64,000 bases of DNA from Psammoneis japonica (lineage: Eukaryota), in contig QPGO01000184.1 in assembly GCA_008632985.1 (NCBI GenBank), positions 62,001-126,000 on the forward strand. Reading direction: 5' to 3'. The notes beneath the pieces are model-generated. The model had not been told where the DNA came from. It made no database searches and worked only from the letters and a program-made list of their open reading frames with translations. The position numbers and the translations under genes are program-made. Numbering within the stretch: position 1 is the first letter of the stretch; each line of letters opens with the position of its first letter. Of the stretch, positions 32,020-46,100 are shown piece after piece.

Positions 32020-35000
32020 AGAGAGAAGGAAGGAAGACACAGGATGCCATGAGGTTGCCAGCACCTCTGTTTTCTCTTGCTTGGTCAATTTTCCTTCTCA
32101 GCACCGACTGAAGAGACTGATGCCGCAACAGCAGCAGCACTTCACCTTGTCACACAGACAATGCTTGTGCTCCAAGCCAGAGCAATGGTTTGAACATCAA
32201 ACAACTTCTTTTGTCGGTGGCAAAGCAGACACAAGTCCTGCAGCATTTGAATGCAGTGACACGTGAGAAGCTACAAACAATGATGCCACGTGTTTGCTTT
32301 GATTGCGGTGCAGCAGCTTCACGCGATGTAGCGCCTTCTTAACCTCATCATGAAGACACGATCTCGAAAGAGTCGAAGCATGGCATGTTCTTCAGGTGGG
32401 ACCCATGGACCCATGCTAACCCGCTCCGACAGATTCAGACTGGGCAGTTCTCGTGGCAGGAGGATGCAATCGCCAGCTGCTGTTCTGTCGATTGTCGCAT
32501 CGTCATGCATCCCCTGCCCGAATCCCACAGATTCGCAAGTGGCAGTTCGCAATTAACGTTTTTCAAATGAGCCTCATTTCACGACTAAATTTTGTTCGAA
32601 CCTGCCTCATCAGCGACCCCTTTTGGCGAGGGCAAATGCTGGGCAAACCTGCAGCTTCAAAAAAATCACAACGTAGAAATGCGCAGAATCAGTGCCGCAA
32701 GCAATCCCATCAGAGGCCCATCACGGCACAATCGGCAAAATCAGTTCCGCTGCTGAAGCACTCACAATCCTCTTGCTCTTTGTAGAGTTGCGGTTGCACC
32801 CCTTGTTGCCATTGCAGTTGTGCTTTCTGTGCTGTTAACTCAACTTTGTGCCCAGCTTCATTCTGGCGTGGTGGGCACTGCAGCTCACAACCCACAACAA
32901 GGAACTGTGTTTGCTGCTGTGGTTTTCTTGCCTCAGCAGCACCCCTTTGCATTGATTGCTGGTGGACAACATTTGGCTTGCGCTGGGTTTCCCACCATCA
33001 TGACGGTCCCCATGGGATTCAGAATGAGATGTCCGCTGACTGCTGCTTTCTCGCCTGTCTTGAGTTCTTCTCTTGCAGTGGCTCAGAGGACCGTCGCCGG
33101 TTCTTGCAATTCTCCTCAAACTTTGTGACTCACCAGTGCTGTTTGTTCTTTTTTCTCTTCTGTGCAGATTGCACTGTGCCGCCCCACTTTCCCTCTCAGA
33201 TGGCTCTTGCTTTTGTTGGAATGTTGTCAGAAGATTGTTGAAAGAATCCAGGTGGTCCGAGCCGTTCAAGACTTTGCAGGCGAAAAGAAGAGATGAGTCG
33301 AGTCACTAGCCAACTTGATGAAAAAGTGCTCAGAGACATCAAGAAACTTTGCACAAAGAAGAAGTGCGGGCAAGACAAAGCGGACAAGGCTGCGATTGAA
33401 GATTGCACAGGCTCGGGCTGCTCGGAGATTGCAACAAGTTGCTTCGTGGTCATCAAACAATGCTGAATCCTGAAATGCTGAAGACACGAGCCAACCATGT
33501 GGATCAAGCCCTCCAATGCTGTCCAAAGCTGAAGTCTTTCAAGGGCATTGTGTGTCGTGGTGTGGAGCTTTTGCAAGAAATGTGCAGTTCATTGAAGCCT
33601 GGCAGCACATTTTTTGACCCAGCATTTTTGAGCACATCTTGCAAATGGGAAAAGTGCAAGAGCTTTCTTTCTGGCAAAGGTGGCTGCAGCACACTCTTTG
33701 AGATTGATTGTAAGATGGGTGTGGACGCAGAGCCACTGGCAAAGAAAAAGAACAAGTGCAAGTGCAAGACATTGTTTCGACCAAGTGCAAAGTTTCTCAT
33801 CAAGTCTGTTGAACAACGAGTTGATGCCTTCTTTGGAAAGATCACTTGTGTGTCCATGGAGCAACCAGCAAACTGGTGAGGGAAGTGAAGCAATGGGCAA
33901 GGCAAGCAAGGTGAGCACACCCACAGCAATTTGCAATTTACTTTTGCACATGCTCTCAGCTGGTTCTTTAGTTGCAAATTTAGATGCTGTCTCACCACAT
34001 GATGACGGTGCCAAAACAGTTGTGTTGATGTCCGGATCTCTGCAGTCAGCTTTGCAGTTCATGACTCCAGTTGGTGCCTTTCTCATTTTGTCTCTGGCAG
34101 AGAGTCAGCATTGTTGGTTGAATGATCACGAGCATGATGCCACAGTTGCATTGAAAAGCAAAGGTCTCCTGTGCATTGTCCTCTTCCAAAGCCTCGCAGC
34201 ATTCCGAATTGGGTGATCTGCCGTGTTGTTCTTCGAAGCCCATCATCTCTCTTTCTGTGCATCGTCAACAGCACTTTGAATGTTGCGCCCACTGTTTCTC
34301 TTCTTTGGTCTCATCATTCTGAGCTCCTCCAACCAGAGCAGTGCAGAATTGCCTGGTGGCCTGTCCATTTGTGAAATTGTCCACTTTCGAAACACAATTG
34401 TCTCCTCACTCAAGAAAGGCTTTCTTGTGACAACAGAGGCACCATCATCCAATTCTTTTCAAGCTTTGGCCTCCAACTTTTCCAAGCAGAGCAGTCCTTG
34501 GTGTTGACCCGGACACATGATTGTTCCATGTCTGTTGCAACCAGCGCAATCTCCCTCATGTGCATTTTGTCACAATCATGGTCGCGGACAAAAACCAGTT
34601 CCATCATTGGCAGTTTTCCCTGCAATCCAACACAACACACAATTTCAAATTGCTTCCAAAGAGTGTTCTTGTTGTTCATTGCAGTTCGCTTCATGCAAAA
34701 TGTGTCTTGCCACCGTGACAAGTGCCTCATCATCCCCACAATTGTGCCACGCTGCACCAAATGTGTCCGTCCCTCTTGAATTCTTGAATCAAGCACATCG
34801 CTCAAATTGACAATCCACAGCATCCTCCCACAGGATGATCATTCCACAAGCAGAGTTGTTTGCAAAATTTGTTTTGTGCTTGAAATGAGCAGAGTCACAC
34901 ATGTGTGGTTGCACTTTTCACAGGTGTTCCAATTTTTCAAAAACCAGCCAAGGCAGCCACTGTGGGCTCCAAACAATTTTTTGACACATTTTCAGCAGCA

Positions 35001-37500
35001 AATGTGGCACTGCACCAAAATTGTCATTTTTTGATGGGTTGACAGTCAATTTTTCTGAAGACCACATGTTTGCAATGCTTTGTTTTGCAGCCCAGCATCT
35101 TGTTTTTAGAGTCAGCTCACTCTTTGCTTGGAAGAGTTTCACCCCAACTGTCCGTTGCATGCATTTTTTTGTGTTTCTGCTGAATTCATTGCTTTGTCAC
35201 ATTAGACACCACACAACTCAGCTGCCAATCTGCTGATTGCACAACAGTTGTGTGCACCCATGTCCTCATTGCATGTCTGACAACAATGAAAAGACTCTCC
35301 TCTGACTCCTCATTGAACCAAGCTCCTTTTGACAGAAAACACCGCTGCAAAGTTGAGTCACAACAAAAACAATTGTGAAAGCTCAGTGCAAAGTGTGTGA
35401 GCCAAAGCAAGTTTGTTGGTCGAACGCACCACAGAAAGGGGGCACTGAAATGACCAGATGGCTCCACATTTGCCAGATGCTTTGAAGACAATCAATTCAA
35501 GGAGCCATGCAATGACAACCCTGATCCCTCAGCAGCGACACAAGCAGACAGCAACAAAACTGCAGCAGTGACACCCACTCTGCTTCCAGCAAGGAGATGG
35601 AAAAGACAGTCAGTCAAAATTCAAGCAACAATGACTGGAGTTGTGACAACCAGCTCAGAGATGGCACACATCATTTGGTGACTGATTTTTGAATGAAGTG
35701 GCCAAAACTGACAAAACAAGAGACTCAAACATGCGCGACATTTGGGATTTGGAAAAGCCTTCAGGTGTTGTGTTGACACAACAGGAGAAAATGACACATT
35801 CCAAAAAAGAGGGGAAAACTGTGCAGGGGCAAAGCCAGCCTTGTGCTCAACTGTGGACAGAGGCAAGTTGCAGAGCACAAGTGATGTGGGCTGAGTGCAC
35901 TGATGCAGTCCAGATGCCATTGAATGATCTTGGTGTGAGCTGCAAGTCCAACCTGCTCCATCTAAAAAAAAACACACGCATGTGGGCACATGCTGCTTGC
36001 ACTTCAACCAGCGCCACACACTGCACAGCAGAAAGCAAGCAAAGAAGAGCCAGAAAAGGTGGCAGCCACAAATGCAAATTTCAAAACACAGTTCATGGAA
36101 TGGGTTGCCAGTGTCAAACATGTGTCTCCTGGTCATGGTGGCACCCTGAAGTGCTCCTCCCTTGTGCCTTGCCGGGGTTTGGCATGTCTTTGAACTTCAC
36201 ACACAGCTTGCCAGTGGCACAACTGCAGGCTGACAAATGTGATGCCACCAAAGGAAAGGCACAAAGTTTTTGGTTTGTTGGCAACATGTCAAGCCACAGA
36301 TGGATCATCTGCCCAAGTGCAAAGTTCTGGCTGCTGCAAAAATCAGCCAAAGAAGTGAAAGCCTCTGCAGAAGAACCTGGCTGGTGGTTGCTGCTGCTGT
36401 GTGCTGGAAACAAGCNNNNNNNNNNNNNNNNNNNNNNNNNNNNNNNNNNNNNNNNNNNNNNNNNNNNNNNNNNNNNNNNNNNNNNNNNNNNNNNNNNNNN
36501 NNNNNNNNNNNNNNNNNNNGGGGGGGGGGGGGGGGGGGGGGGGAGAGTTGGGTGACATGATGTGTGTGCACTGCACACTGCCGCCATTTGCGCACAAACA
36601 TGACACAGGCATTTGACTTGAGTGGCAAGCTTGTGAACTTGACTCATGTTGAACAAATTGTGGGAAAAACAGTGCTTCAATTGCCATGATCTGCTCTGCT
36701 CTGCTCTCTGGTTGTTGGAGCCACCCATGGAACAAGTGGTTGCATGGATGTCTTGCAGGGAGGAGCAGAAAGAAACACCTTTTGACACACACTTAAGTCA
36801 GCTCTCAATGACAACATCTGGGCTGTCACAAGCAACTTTTTCATCAGCTGCCATCCTTTGTTGAATGGTGCAACATGGGAGGATGAGCCCAGAGGTCACA
36901 CAGAGATGCTGCTGGCAAGAGAAATGCAGCTGAAGTGTGGTGGTGAGAAAACCCAAGTGCTGAGTGCTGAGACAGATCACAACGTGTGGTCATGCACGAG
37001 CTGGCTTCAACAAGAACAGGGCATGAAGCAACACAATGGGCCAAAGACGGCTGGCACAAAAGAGTGGCAAAAGCTCAGGTCAAATTGCAGGTGGAACCCA
37101 ACATGCACCAGCACTCCAGCAGAAAACAGAGCAGACCAACTCACAGAGAGATCCGAGCAACCATGCCCGCAGCTGGGCATCTCGTCTCTCTGACGAACTC
37201 ATCAAGAAAGAGCTCCAAGCTGCTTTTTAAAAGAAGCAATGCTGTGCTTTGATTCTTGCATCAGTGTGAGTTTTAAATGCAATGAATGCATGTGCTGTAC
37301 GTGCCGCCGCCCACTCTGTGTTGTTTGGTCTGTCCCCAAGACCAAAACAGAAAACAGCCGTCAGAGCAAAGAGCAAAGGCGTCAGATGTGACCAACTCAA
37401 GACTCAAGTCGTCATCCGCCACCATCCACACGCCCGCCACGTCGCTCGTTCTTGCTCGTTTGCTTTTTTGAATCACGGAGCAACGGATCGGAGTCGAATG
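32020..37500. other. TpA-depleted hypermutated block C (contains assembly gap 36416-36519)
   Basis: TA nearly absent; survivors mostly ttag/ctaa/ttaa/ctag; many overlapping Cys/His-rich spurious ORFs. Confidence 0.9.
33290..33879 (+). pseudogene. ADP-ribosyltransferase (VIP2/C3-like R-S-E family) relic
   Basis: AAIEDCTGSGCSEI / NKLLRG ... VCRG ... FLSTSC ... LFEI ... NKCKCKTLFRP correspond to YT..GY..IN..LR, YRG, STS and ExE.L motifs with Tyr->Cys and Glu->Lys changes. Confidence 0.8.
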
Positions 37501-37541
37501 GCAAGAGCGTCAAAGCGGGACCGAGTCATTATTTCGACGCC

Positions 37542-40500
37542 ATGAGCAGCAACATCGGCGGCCTCAATGATGATACAGTGCAATTGGAGGATGCCAATGC
37601 ATCATGGTAAGTCTTACTTGATTCTTCATGAACACCAAATGTTGGGACTGAGCTCGAACTCTTACCTTCCAATAATGCCATGGTACGCCGTACTCGTTGT
37701 TCATCATGATGTGTGATACAGGCAACCGATATATGTGTCGATTGCGATTACAATAGTTGAAGGTGTTTTCTTTTTGGTGGTATTTGAATGCGCAAGAAGA
37801 AACAAGTTTGTGGAATCAGTTTATGACCGTCGACGGGAAGTTTATGCAAAGCGAATGCCACCACCTCTCAGAAAACGCAGTGGCCCGCTCAACGGTTGGT
37901 TGGGCTTTGAATGGTGGCGATTTCGTTTGGCAGATACAGAATACCGGAAACTATGTGTGGAAGAAGCTCGTAAGGAGCAAGAGCAGCGTCGATTAGCGCA
38001 GAATGATACCAAAAAATGGAACGATGATCCCTACTTAGAAAAAGCGGAGCGGGTCTGTTTCAGAGAGTCGCCGTTTTTTGACCCTTGCCAAGATGATGAC
38101 CGTGAGATTGAAGACATGGAGGCAATGTCATCTACGAGTACAGAACATGACATAGGATGTGAGTCATGCGATAAAAAACAATGCGAAGATTTCTGTGCTG
38201 ACAAACTCGGCGACGGCATGCTGACAAAGGACGAGACAATACCCGAGTCATTGTCCGAGTTTGGAGAAGGACACCAGCTAAAGTCCAAGAAAGAGAAGAA
38301 TACGAAACTAGGGAGTATCCTTCGAACGCACATTTGTGCGTCAAAGAGCGTTGATTCCACCTCGATTAAGTCGTCACTACGAGTTCGATTCAAGAACCGC
38401 ATGCGAAAATCAGTAAAGAGTGCTCAGAGCAACGACGGTGATATCACAATTGGAACAGAAGAAGCAAATAGACTTGCGAGACTGCGATTCTCACAGGAAA
38501 GGACTTCATCAGACTGGGACAGACGAGCAATATATGCTTTGCTCAAATTCATAAAGAGACGGGTGTTGCTGATTCAAGACAAGGAGCCTCGTACGGGTGA
38601 ACGACAAGACTATTTGTCTGAGGAAATAGCACGACGCCCCTTGTCAGCAGAGGATCAAGAGCTGTTGCGGTGTGTCGGGCTTGATGCGTTCATGACACTC
38701 CGATTCCTCCTATTCGGTTTCCATGCATCCCTTTGGCCTTTGTTTATTTCGCTTCCTCTTTTGCTTCCACTTTATCAAACAGGAAATGGTCAAGCTTCGT
38801 CTGGCTTTTATAGCACGACGATCATGGCTGTAGAGAGTGGAAGCTGGAGGTTTTGGATTGTGATGGCTCTGCTCTATATGCAGTTTCTGTATATTCTGCG
38901 ACGGCTGTGGACTGAATGGGAACTCTTCCTGCCACTGCGATACGACTTCCTTGAGAATGGTGACTTTTCTCAGGAGAATTACAAGAAACAGTATCGTGAG
39001 ACGGCTCTGGTAGAATACGTTCCGACTTTGCAGAGACATGATAAAGCTCTACATGCATTCTTTGATGACATCTTTCCGGGACAGATTAAACACGCAGAAG
39101 TGCTGTTGAACAATGAGCACCTCAGAAAACTGATCCAGACTCGCTTAAAACACATTGTGGCATATGAAAATGTGTATGCAAAGAAAGTACACAAGCTTGC
39201 GAATTACTTTCGGTACATAGATGAGAGCAATAAGAGTGGAGTCGTGAAGAGATGTTGTCTTGTCACCAAGCACCCGCACGAGCCGAAAGAACCAATGACG
39301 ATTGTCGTTCGAGAGGAGACTAGACATAACCACGGAAACAAAGTTCTCGACAGAACCCCAGTGAATGGGACCGTTCAAGACACAAGGACATATCCGGCGC
39401 TTCAGTACCACTACGAGTAAGTACAGTATACCAATTCGCAGTCGTCACGGATGAGATCTACTTGTTCTTACATTTCTGCTTTCCTCATCAACCATGCAGA
39501 ATAATTCAACAATTGAATCATGAAATTGATTCCGAATACATTCGGTTGGCACAAGAACAACGACGCGAGATTCCGAAAAAGAAGAAACCTTCTTTAGCTC
39601 GGAAGCTTGGATGGAACTATTTGACAGGTTCGGACAACGACGATGTTCATTCCAGTACGGCTTTTGTGGAGTTCCGATCACTTACTACGAAGCAACAAGC
39701 CATTCAGTGTAATATGGTGGGGACGAAGAAAAGAATGATTCTGACGCCTGTACCTGAAGTGCGAGATATCATATGGGGCAACGAGCACGTGTCTAGGTAT
39801 GTTTGTTGGTTTGCCCTTTTCTCTTCTCTGTTCATGTTATCTGTTGGTTGGTTCATCTCCTTTTATATTATTTTCCATAGAGCGCTGATCGTTACACGCA
39901 TGATGTGGGCAAGCGTTCTACTCACTGGAGGTTTGCTATTGTGGTCATTTCTGGTGTCGGTTATTCGTGGCTACAATGAGTATAGCGACTGGTTCAATGC
40001 TCAGAACGTATCTGTCGTTGCCCTTCTGAATGTGTATCTTCCCGCGCTATTAGTCGAAGCTCTTGTCAGAACAGTTCCGTTCTTGATTAAGCTTCTTTGC
40101 GAATGGGTTCGCTTCAAATCTGCTAGCGAGACCGACCATTTCATTCTTCGTTGGTACTTTGCCTTTCGGCTCTTTACCTTTATCTTTGTGATTATCGGTA
40201 ACGACTTAGTGGCTCAGAGTGATGACCTGATTGACGACCCCGTTGGGTGGCTGCTAGAGGTCAGCGAGAAGGTCGCATCCAGCTCTCAGTTTTTCATTTG
40301 CTATGTCATTATTACCGCGGCACTACTTCTCTTGAGACTGTCACAAATTCATAATGTAGTTGCCTTCTTCTACCTTCACAACATTGTGCGCGAAGAGTCT
40401 TTGTCTCAGCGAAGACTCGACAAACTGAGGACCAATATGAAGGTACACTTGATTTCCTCGCATTCCGTTTTTGTCCTTGTTTTGAAGCAGCATCTCACCG

Positions 40501-41334
40501 AAAGCCGAGGTACTCTTCTTTCTTTCGCAGATATTTCACAAGGACGAATTCATACCGTTGTTCGTTTTTGTTTTCATGGTGGGAGCCTTGTACGGGGTCA
40601 TTGCACCGCTCAGTGGCATCTTTGTGACAGGCTTCTTCCTGTTGGCGTACAAGGTTGTAAGGTATATGGCTCTCTACATCTACGGTAACAAGTACGAAGG
40701 CGGAGGGTTTCTATTCTACACACTTTCGACAATTCTGTTTTGGGTTCTGTACTTGATCATTCTCGTGTTAGCTGGCTACTTGTTCGCTCATGAATCACCG
40801 GCCACTGGTGGCATATTTCTATCACTACTCCTTATCACCTTTTACGTCCATTTTTATATTCATTTGACCTTTGTGGAGCCGTCAAGGACACTCTCCTTAG
40901 CAAAGGCTCGTGAATTTGACAAGAAGCATGATGGGCGCACTCCTTATGAGCAGAAATTGGGTGCATGGATGTCAGCCAAACAGGCTCTAGACGAAGAGGA
41001 GGAAAAGATTGCTGATGATTCGGATGAAGAGTATCAAAAGCAGCTATCTCAAACATCCGTATCGAACGCCATTATCGATGTCGGACCAAGCCTCGAGTTC
41101 TCGGACGACCACCACCTCACTGAAAGCGAGAAGCGCCAAAAAGCAGTCGATTGGTTACAACGACGTTACGAGGAAAAGAATGGTGACGGCTGCTCAGACC
41201 TTACTGACAGCGAGATATCCACTCCGAATGGTGATTTCTTCATCTACCGCCAGCCGTCGTTGAATCGAGCGACATGGGAGGTTGAGCCGAGACCTTATAG
41301 GAAGTGTGTAGATTTGAATGCAACGCTAGATTAA
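37542..41334 (+). CDS. OSCA/TMEM63 (CSC1-like) mechanosensitive cation channel, ~5 exons
   Basis: GLDAFMTLRFL, LLLPLY, STAFVEFRSL, PVPEVRDIIWGN, YGVIAPL, YIYGNKYEGGG; GT-AG introns at about 37608-37720, 39417-39499, 39797-39880 and 40443-40530. Confidence 0.88.
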
Positions 41335-41528
41335 AAGAAGTAAATGAGAGTATTAGAATTTAACGATCCAAAGTATCCCTTGCGACACAATCACTGCGCA
41401 AAGCAAGGCTACGCCATAACGGTAGTCAGAATCTCATATGCGACACAGAAATGTGCCCTCCCTTGACGAGGACGATTTTTCGTGCAATCTGCCCATGTTT
41501 TCCTTTGCGTAATATCAGCACATGCGCT

Positions 41529-43109
41529 TCATGATGATTCGCCCTCCGTCCGGCCCTCCCGCCTCATATTGTGCGCCTGAAACTGTTTCGAAAGCTCCTC
41601 AAGACTCTGCCGTGCTCTTTGTTCCGCCATAAACACCTTTTCATCCGACTTTCTCTCCATTTCAGCGACAATCGCTTGTATCTCCATGGCATTGGACTGC
41701 CTGGCGGTTTCCAACAAATCCAATGTTTCGCACAGCAACTCACTTCGTTCCTTTTCCAGCAACTCGTTACGGGCGTGCATTTTACGGAAAATATGGTTAA
41801 GCACAGGGTTTGCCAGGTTCTCTAACGCTTGCGATTCATCCACCGGAGCCAGCTCGGATACTTGTATATACGATGTCGTCAAACTATGCAGAAAGTCTTC
41901 TTCGTCCGAAGGATAGCACTTGGAATCTCGAATGGATGATTCATTCAATCGCGGGAGCTCTCCAACAACCGATACTTCCTCCTCCTCCTCTTCTTCTTGT
42001 TTTGTTTGACTGACCTCTTGTGCTGCGTCTTGTTGCATTCCTTCCATTAACCCCGCCAGCGACGCCAACCGCCCCAATGCAACATCCGCGTGTCTACCGC
42101 TTTCGTCTTCATCGTCCGTATTCATCATGTTTGTAAGAGCCTCCAAAACGGCAACAGACTCCTTGTACAGCGGAGTGGATGTTTCGTCCTTTTCACGAGA
42201 CGTGTGACTGTCGGATTCCAACCAAGACTGTTCCAGCTCCTCGCCCATGGCCTCTTCAAAAGCGTCCAGTGACTCGAAATAAGGATCCCTTGCTTCCTCC
42301 ACAGCACTCTTGTTTCGCTCCCGACCGATTACGTTGGGTTCCGTAGTATCCAATCGCTCGTGCATGCTCGGCTCGCTCAAGTTTCTACATTGTTCCATCC
42401 ACTCGTGTTCTTGAATTCGCTCGTCTCGTCTGCCAAGTTCTATTTGAAGCTCCTTCTTTTCTTGCCGGAGCTTACAAATTTCCGAATCTGACTCGTTTAC
42501 CAATCGGTTCAATTCCGACACTTGTCGACACAAGGAGTAATTCACCTCTTCCTGTACACTCACTTCATGTTGTAATTCCTCGCATTCTTGCAACTGTTGT
42601 TGTAATGCGGCATTGTTTTCTTCTTGCAATTCGGATAGTTGTTCCCTATAAATATCCAACTGCTCCTTGTGCTTCAACTCGAGTGCTTTTCTTTCCAAAA
42701 CAAACTCAGAAACAAGCCGCTTCGTGTCTTGTTGTTGTTGGCACAATTTGTGTTGTAGCACTTGAACACGTTCGGCCCAGTGTGTGACGGCTGCTTGATC
42801 GAGTGTATCTAAGTTATGATTGGTAGTAGTATGCCATGATGCAGTAGGGTCTTGCTGTGCCTTTGTTTTGTTGTTGTTGCGTATGTATTCTTCTTCCTTG
42901 CTCGTAGACGACGAGGAGGAGGACGAGGAGGAGGATTCGTTTGTTGGAGAGAGATCCAATAGGTACTGGTAATGTACGTCACGGTCTCCCAGTGCTTGAT
43001 GTAACATGCTGCTCATGGTTCTAGAAGTATGATCCACCATGGATGACAACGAAGACGATGATGCTTCGTCGTCGTTTATTTGTGGGGATTGCATTGTAGT
43101 AAATGGCAT
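41529..43109 (-). CDS. Hypothetical Glu/Gln-rich coiled-coil protein
   Basis: Long open ORF (~525 aa from ATG 43109) with heptad-like E/Q/L stretches and normal dinucleotide composition. Confidence 0.7.
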   Translation of the reverse strand: MPFTTMQSPQINDDEASSSSLSSMVDHTSRTMSSMLHQALGDRDVHYQYLLDLSPTNESSSSSSSSSSTSKEEEYIRNNNKTKAQQDPTASWHTTTNHNLDTLDQAAVTHWAERVQVLQHKLCQQQQDTKRLVSEFVLERKALELKHKEQLDIYREQLSELQEENNAALQQQLQECEELQHEVSVQEEVNYSLCRQVSELNRLVNESDSEICKLRQEKKELQIELGRRDERIQEHEWMEQCRNLSEPSMHERLDTTEPNVIGRERNKSAVEEARDPYFESLDAFEEAMGEELEQSWLESDSHTSREKDETSTPLYKESVAVLEALTNMMNTDDEDESGRHADVALGRLASLAGLMEGMQQDAAQEVSQTKQEEEEEEEVSVVGELPRLNESSIRDSKCYPSDEEDFLHSLTTSYIQVSELAPVDESQALENLANPVLNHIFRKMHARNELLEKERSELLCETLDLLETARQSNAMEIQAIVAEMERKSDEKVFMAEQRARQSLEELSKQFQAHNMRREGRTEGESS

Positions 43110-46100
43110 CGAATGTGATACGTACTTGCTATGATATGTAGATTGAGGTTTTGGACAGGAAGCAACCGACAACGCAGTCCATGACTGTCAACACGCGAGC
43201 GAATAACCATCGCCGTGCAGGATCTCATCGCATGCGGTGTGCAATTGGTTTCATATACAATCTTCAGTGACGAAGGATCTATCAAAATATCGAAAATCGC
43301 TTTCTTTAATAAGTTTTATAAAATCATGCATGCTAGTATAATAATTAAATAATTTGGCGCGAACGAAGATCGGAGCCAAGACGGTAGGCCCAGCACAAGG
43401 AGAGGATACCTTGTGGGCGGCTGAGCTCTTGGAGGAGTCACCGCGCGATAGTAGCGCGCAGTAGAAGGCAGACAGACAGACAGACGGACGACGATGAGAG
43501 GCCGCCCCAGTTCCCCTCATTGTGTTTGGCGGACTACCGGTGACGATGGGATCAGTTGCGTCGACCCGACATGGGCCGACAACGCTGAAAATGTCGTTTC
43601 TGCCGATTAGCATGCCTCACACAATCGCCCACAAGTTGCACTTTGGCACCGGTTGATCCATGGATTGGCTTGACCATCTGCAGAGCCTGCAAAACCATGA
43701 TGAATCAGCCGTCGGTCTGGATCCAGAAATGTTCCACAAGCCAAACCGACTGTGCATGATGCCTGCACTGCTCTCGCTGCTCTTGACTTGTCTCATCAGA
43801 GTGCGAACAATGCAGTCCGGTGTTTTGTTTTTTGGCAAATGAGGTTGCTCCTGCGCCGCAAACACCCCTTTGATCATTCTGGATCCGGATGACCTCCGCA
43901 AGCCAACTGATCGGGATTGAATTACAATCCACCTCGTTTCGTCTGATCTCATGTCAGAACGCAAGTGCATTGTCCACATGGCCCATCGCTGTCTGGGCGC
44001 GCAACCTTCTGTTGATTGGACACTCTGCATCTTCCAATTTTCTCTCTTGATTGCACTGGATCTGGACAACATCCACAAGCCAGTTGATCGAAAACATCAC
44101 TGCAATTACCTCGTGTGATCAACGCAGCCTGGTGTCACTTGGGTCCACCATCCTTCATTGTCAGGATGCCAAAAAATCGGCCTTTCAGACCGTCACTCTC
44201 TTCCTTTCGCCACCCGCCATTGCGGTCACCGATCTCACATCTGTCTCATGTGTGCTCATGTGCATGCAATGTTCTGGCCATTGCAATGGTTTCACATGAA
44301 TCATTTTTGTTGCATGTTGTGACATGAAAGAATTTGTGTTCTTTGCACTCAGAGGCGAGACATCCTCTTTTTTGCAATTTCGACGCAAATGTCAGCGCAC
44401 ATTGTTTGGCACAATCTTGTGTGTGTCTTCATTGTCAATCACCTCATCCGGGAGATTCCACAAGCATTCTATCCCAATCCGCAATTGGTGCACCATCTGC
44501 ATGTCCTGCATCCTCCCGCCCAAAAATCACGACCACAACTCCCCCAATTTTCAAACTCTTAGACTCCATTTTCTTTCCGTTCGTCAAAATTTGACGATGC
44601 TCCGTCTGCTGCTCAGTCTTGTAGACCTGCACTCACATGACCCTGGTCGTGCAAAGTGGATCTCGCCGACTCACCATGAGTTTTCGGCAGGATTTCAACG
44701 TGATTCCATGTCGAAATCCCCGCTAGAAAAACTCGTTTCCTCTCACAAAACCCCGGTTTTGCCTTTTTGCACTCAGCTTCTTCGTCTCCTTCCAAGCCTC
44801 CAACCCACCATGGCCGCCAACATCCTCACCGCCATTGAGCATGGCAAAGCTTCTCCCATCAAGCACTGTTCCCAATTGGGAGCACAGTCTGAGTTTGCTC
44901 TTAACCAGCCCAAGCTGGTCCTCCTTCGTGACACCAACGGCACTCTTGCTGACCATGTCTGCGGTCAGTTCGACCAATTCCTCATGTTCTGTGAGGGCCG
45001 TGTCGTTCCCGTTACGAAGCCAATTCCCTTTGTCAATGATGGGAACCAAGTCAAGTTCCTGTCAAACTTTTCTGACACTGTCGGGGACGTTGTCCCCATG
45101 TCAGGTGCTCACCAACATTTCCGAGGACACTTCGCAACCCTCGTGCGTCGTGAGGACATTGTCACGTGCAACTTGCCTCGTGCCGAGACTCCTCCAGATG
45201 ACATTGAAGGTCCGCTTCTTGTGGATGGCAATCAAGATGCGGCGTCCCTTGAGCATCTCCATTTTGGCAACCCCGCTGCTCAAGATGATCAACCGGTTGT
45301 TGCCGCTCTTCCGATGGCATTCCCCGTGCCTCCAGGCTGCTCCTGCCCCTTGGACTTTGTTGGTTGAGGCCAACATGGGATTTCCCCACCCACGCAGCCT
45401 CCAAGGGAAAATTCATCATGGGTCAATCAACACAGGCATTCGGCATCTCACGTGACTCAACGTGACACGACAACACACCATGCATGACAACAACAACTTG
45501 TTGACATGTGGTGATGACCCGCTCCCTCCTCGACATTTGCTTTTTGCAGGCACCGCTGGAAACAAGCAAAAAGAGGCTGCTGAAAGCTTTGCGCCCAAGC
45601 ACGGCAGCGGGTGCTTCTGCAGCAGCGACCAAACTTGGTCAAACACATCCCAGTTTTCCATGGATGGGTGGATGCAGAGGCAGCAAAACAAAAAGCCATT
45701 GCATTTTCTTGTTGGGGTCAGCTTTGTGCTCCTGGCTTGCTTTTTGTTGCTCTCAGCCTCTGTCTGTGCTTTTGCACAGTGAAGTGCGTTCGGCTTCAAA
45801 CCAAACTTTTGAGCCACGTCCGACCGGTGGACACCCGTCTTGAGACACTGTCCACCTTGCCACCAACAATCAATTGACCCTCCAGCAAATGCCCATTGTG
45901 AACATTGGCCACGGTGTCAACCAGCTTGTTGGGACAAATGACATTTTTGTTTGCGCTTGAACGATGAGCAATGTTTCACACAAAGTGTCATGCTCCCTTT
46001 GCACAAGACATCTTCGGATCCCATGGGAAAAATGGTGCACAGTCAAAAGATGAACAGGCAGCCATGTGGACCGGTCCTTCTTGCGCAACTTGCACCATGT

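Noticed and set aside
36520..36543. Poly-G tract as a G-quadruplex or regulatory element
   Set aside because: Directly abuts an N gap; likely a sequencing artefact.
32020..37500. Classical RIP or an alternative genetic code as the cause of the block composition
   Set aside because: RIP raises TA and AT content, the opposite of what is seen; the depletion is frame-independent and neighbouring genes use Tyr and standard stops.
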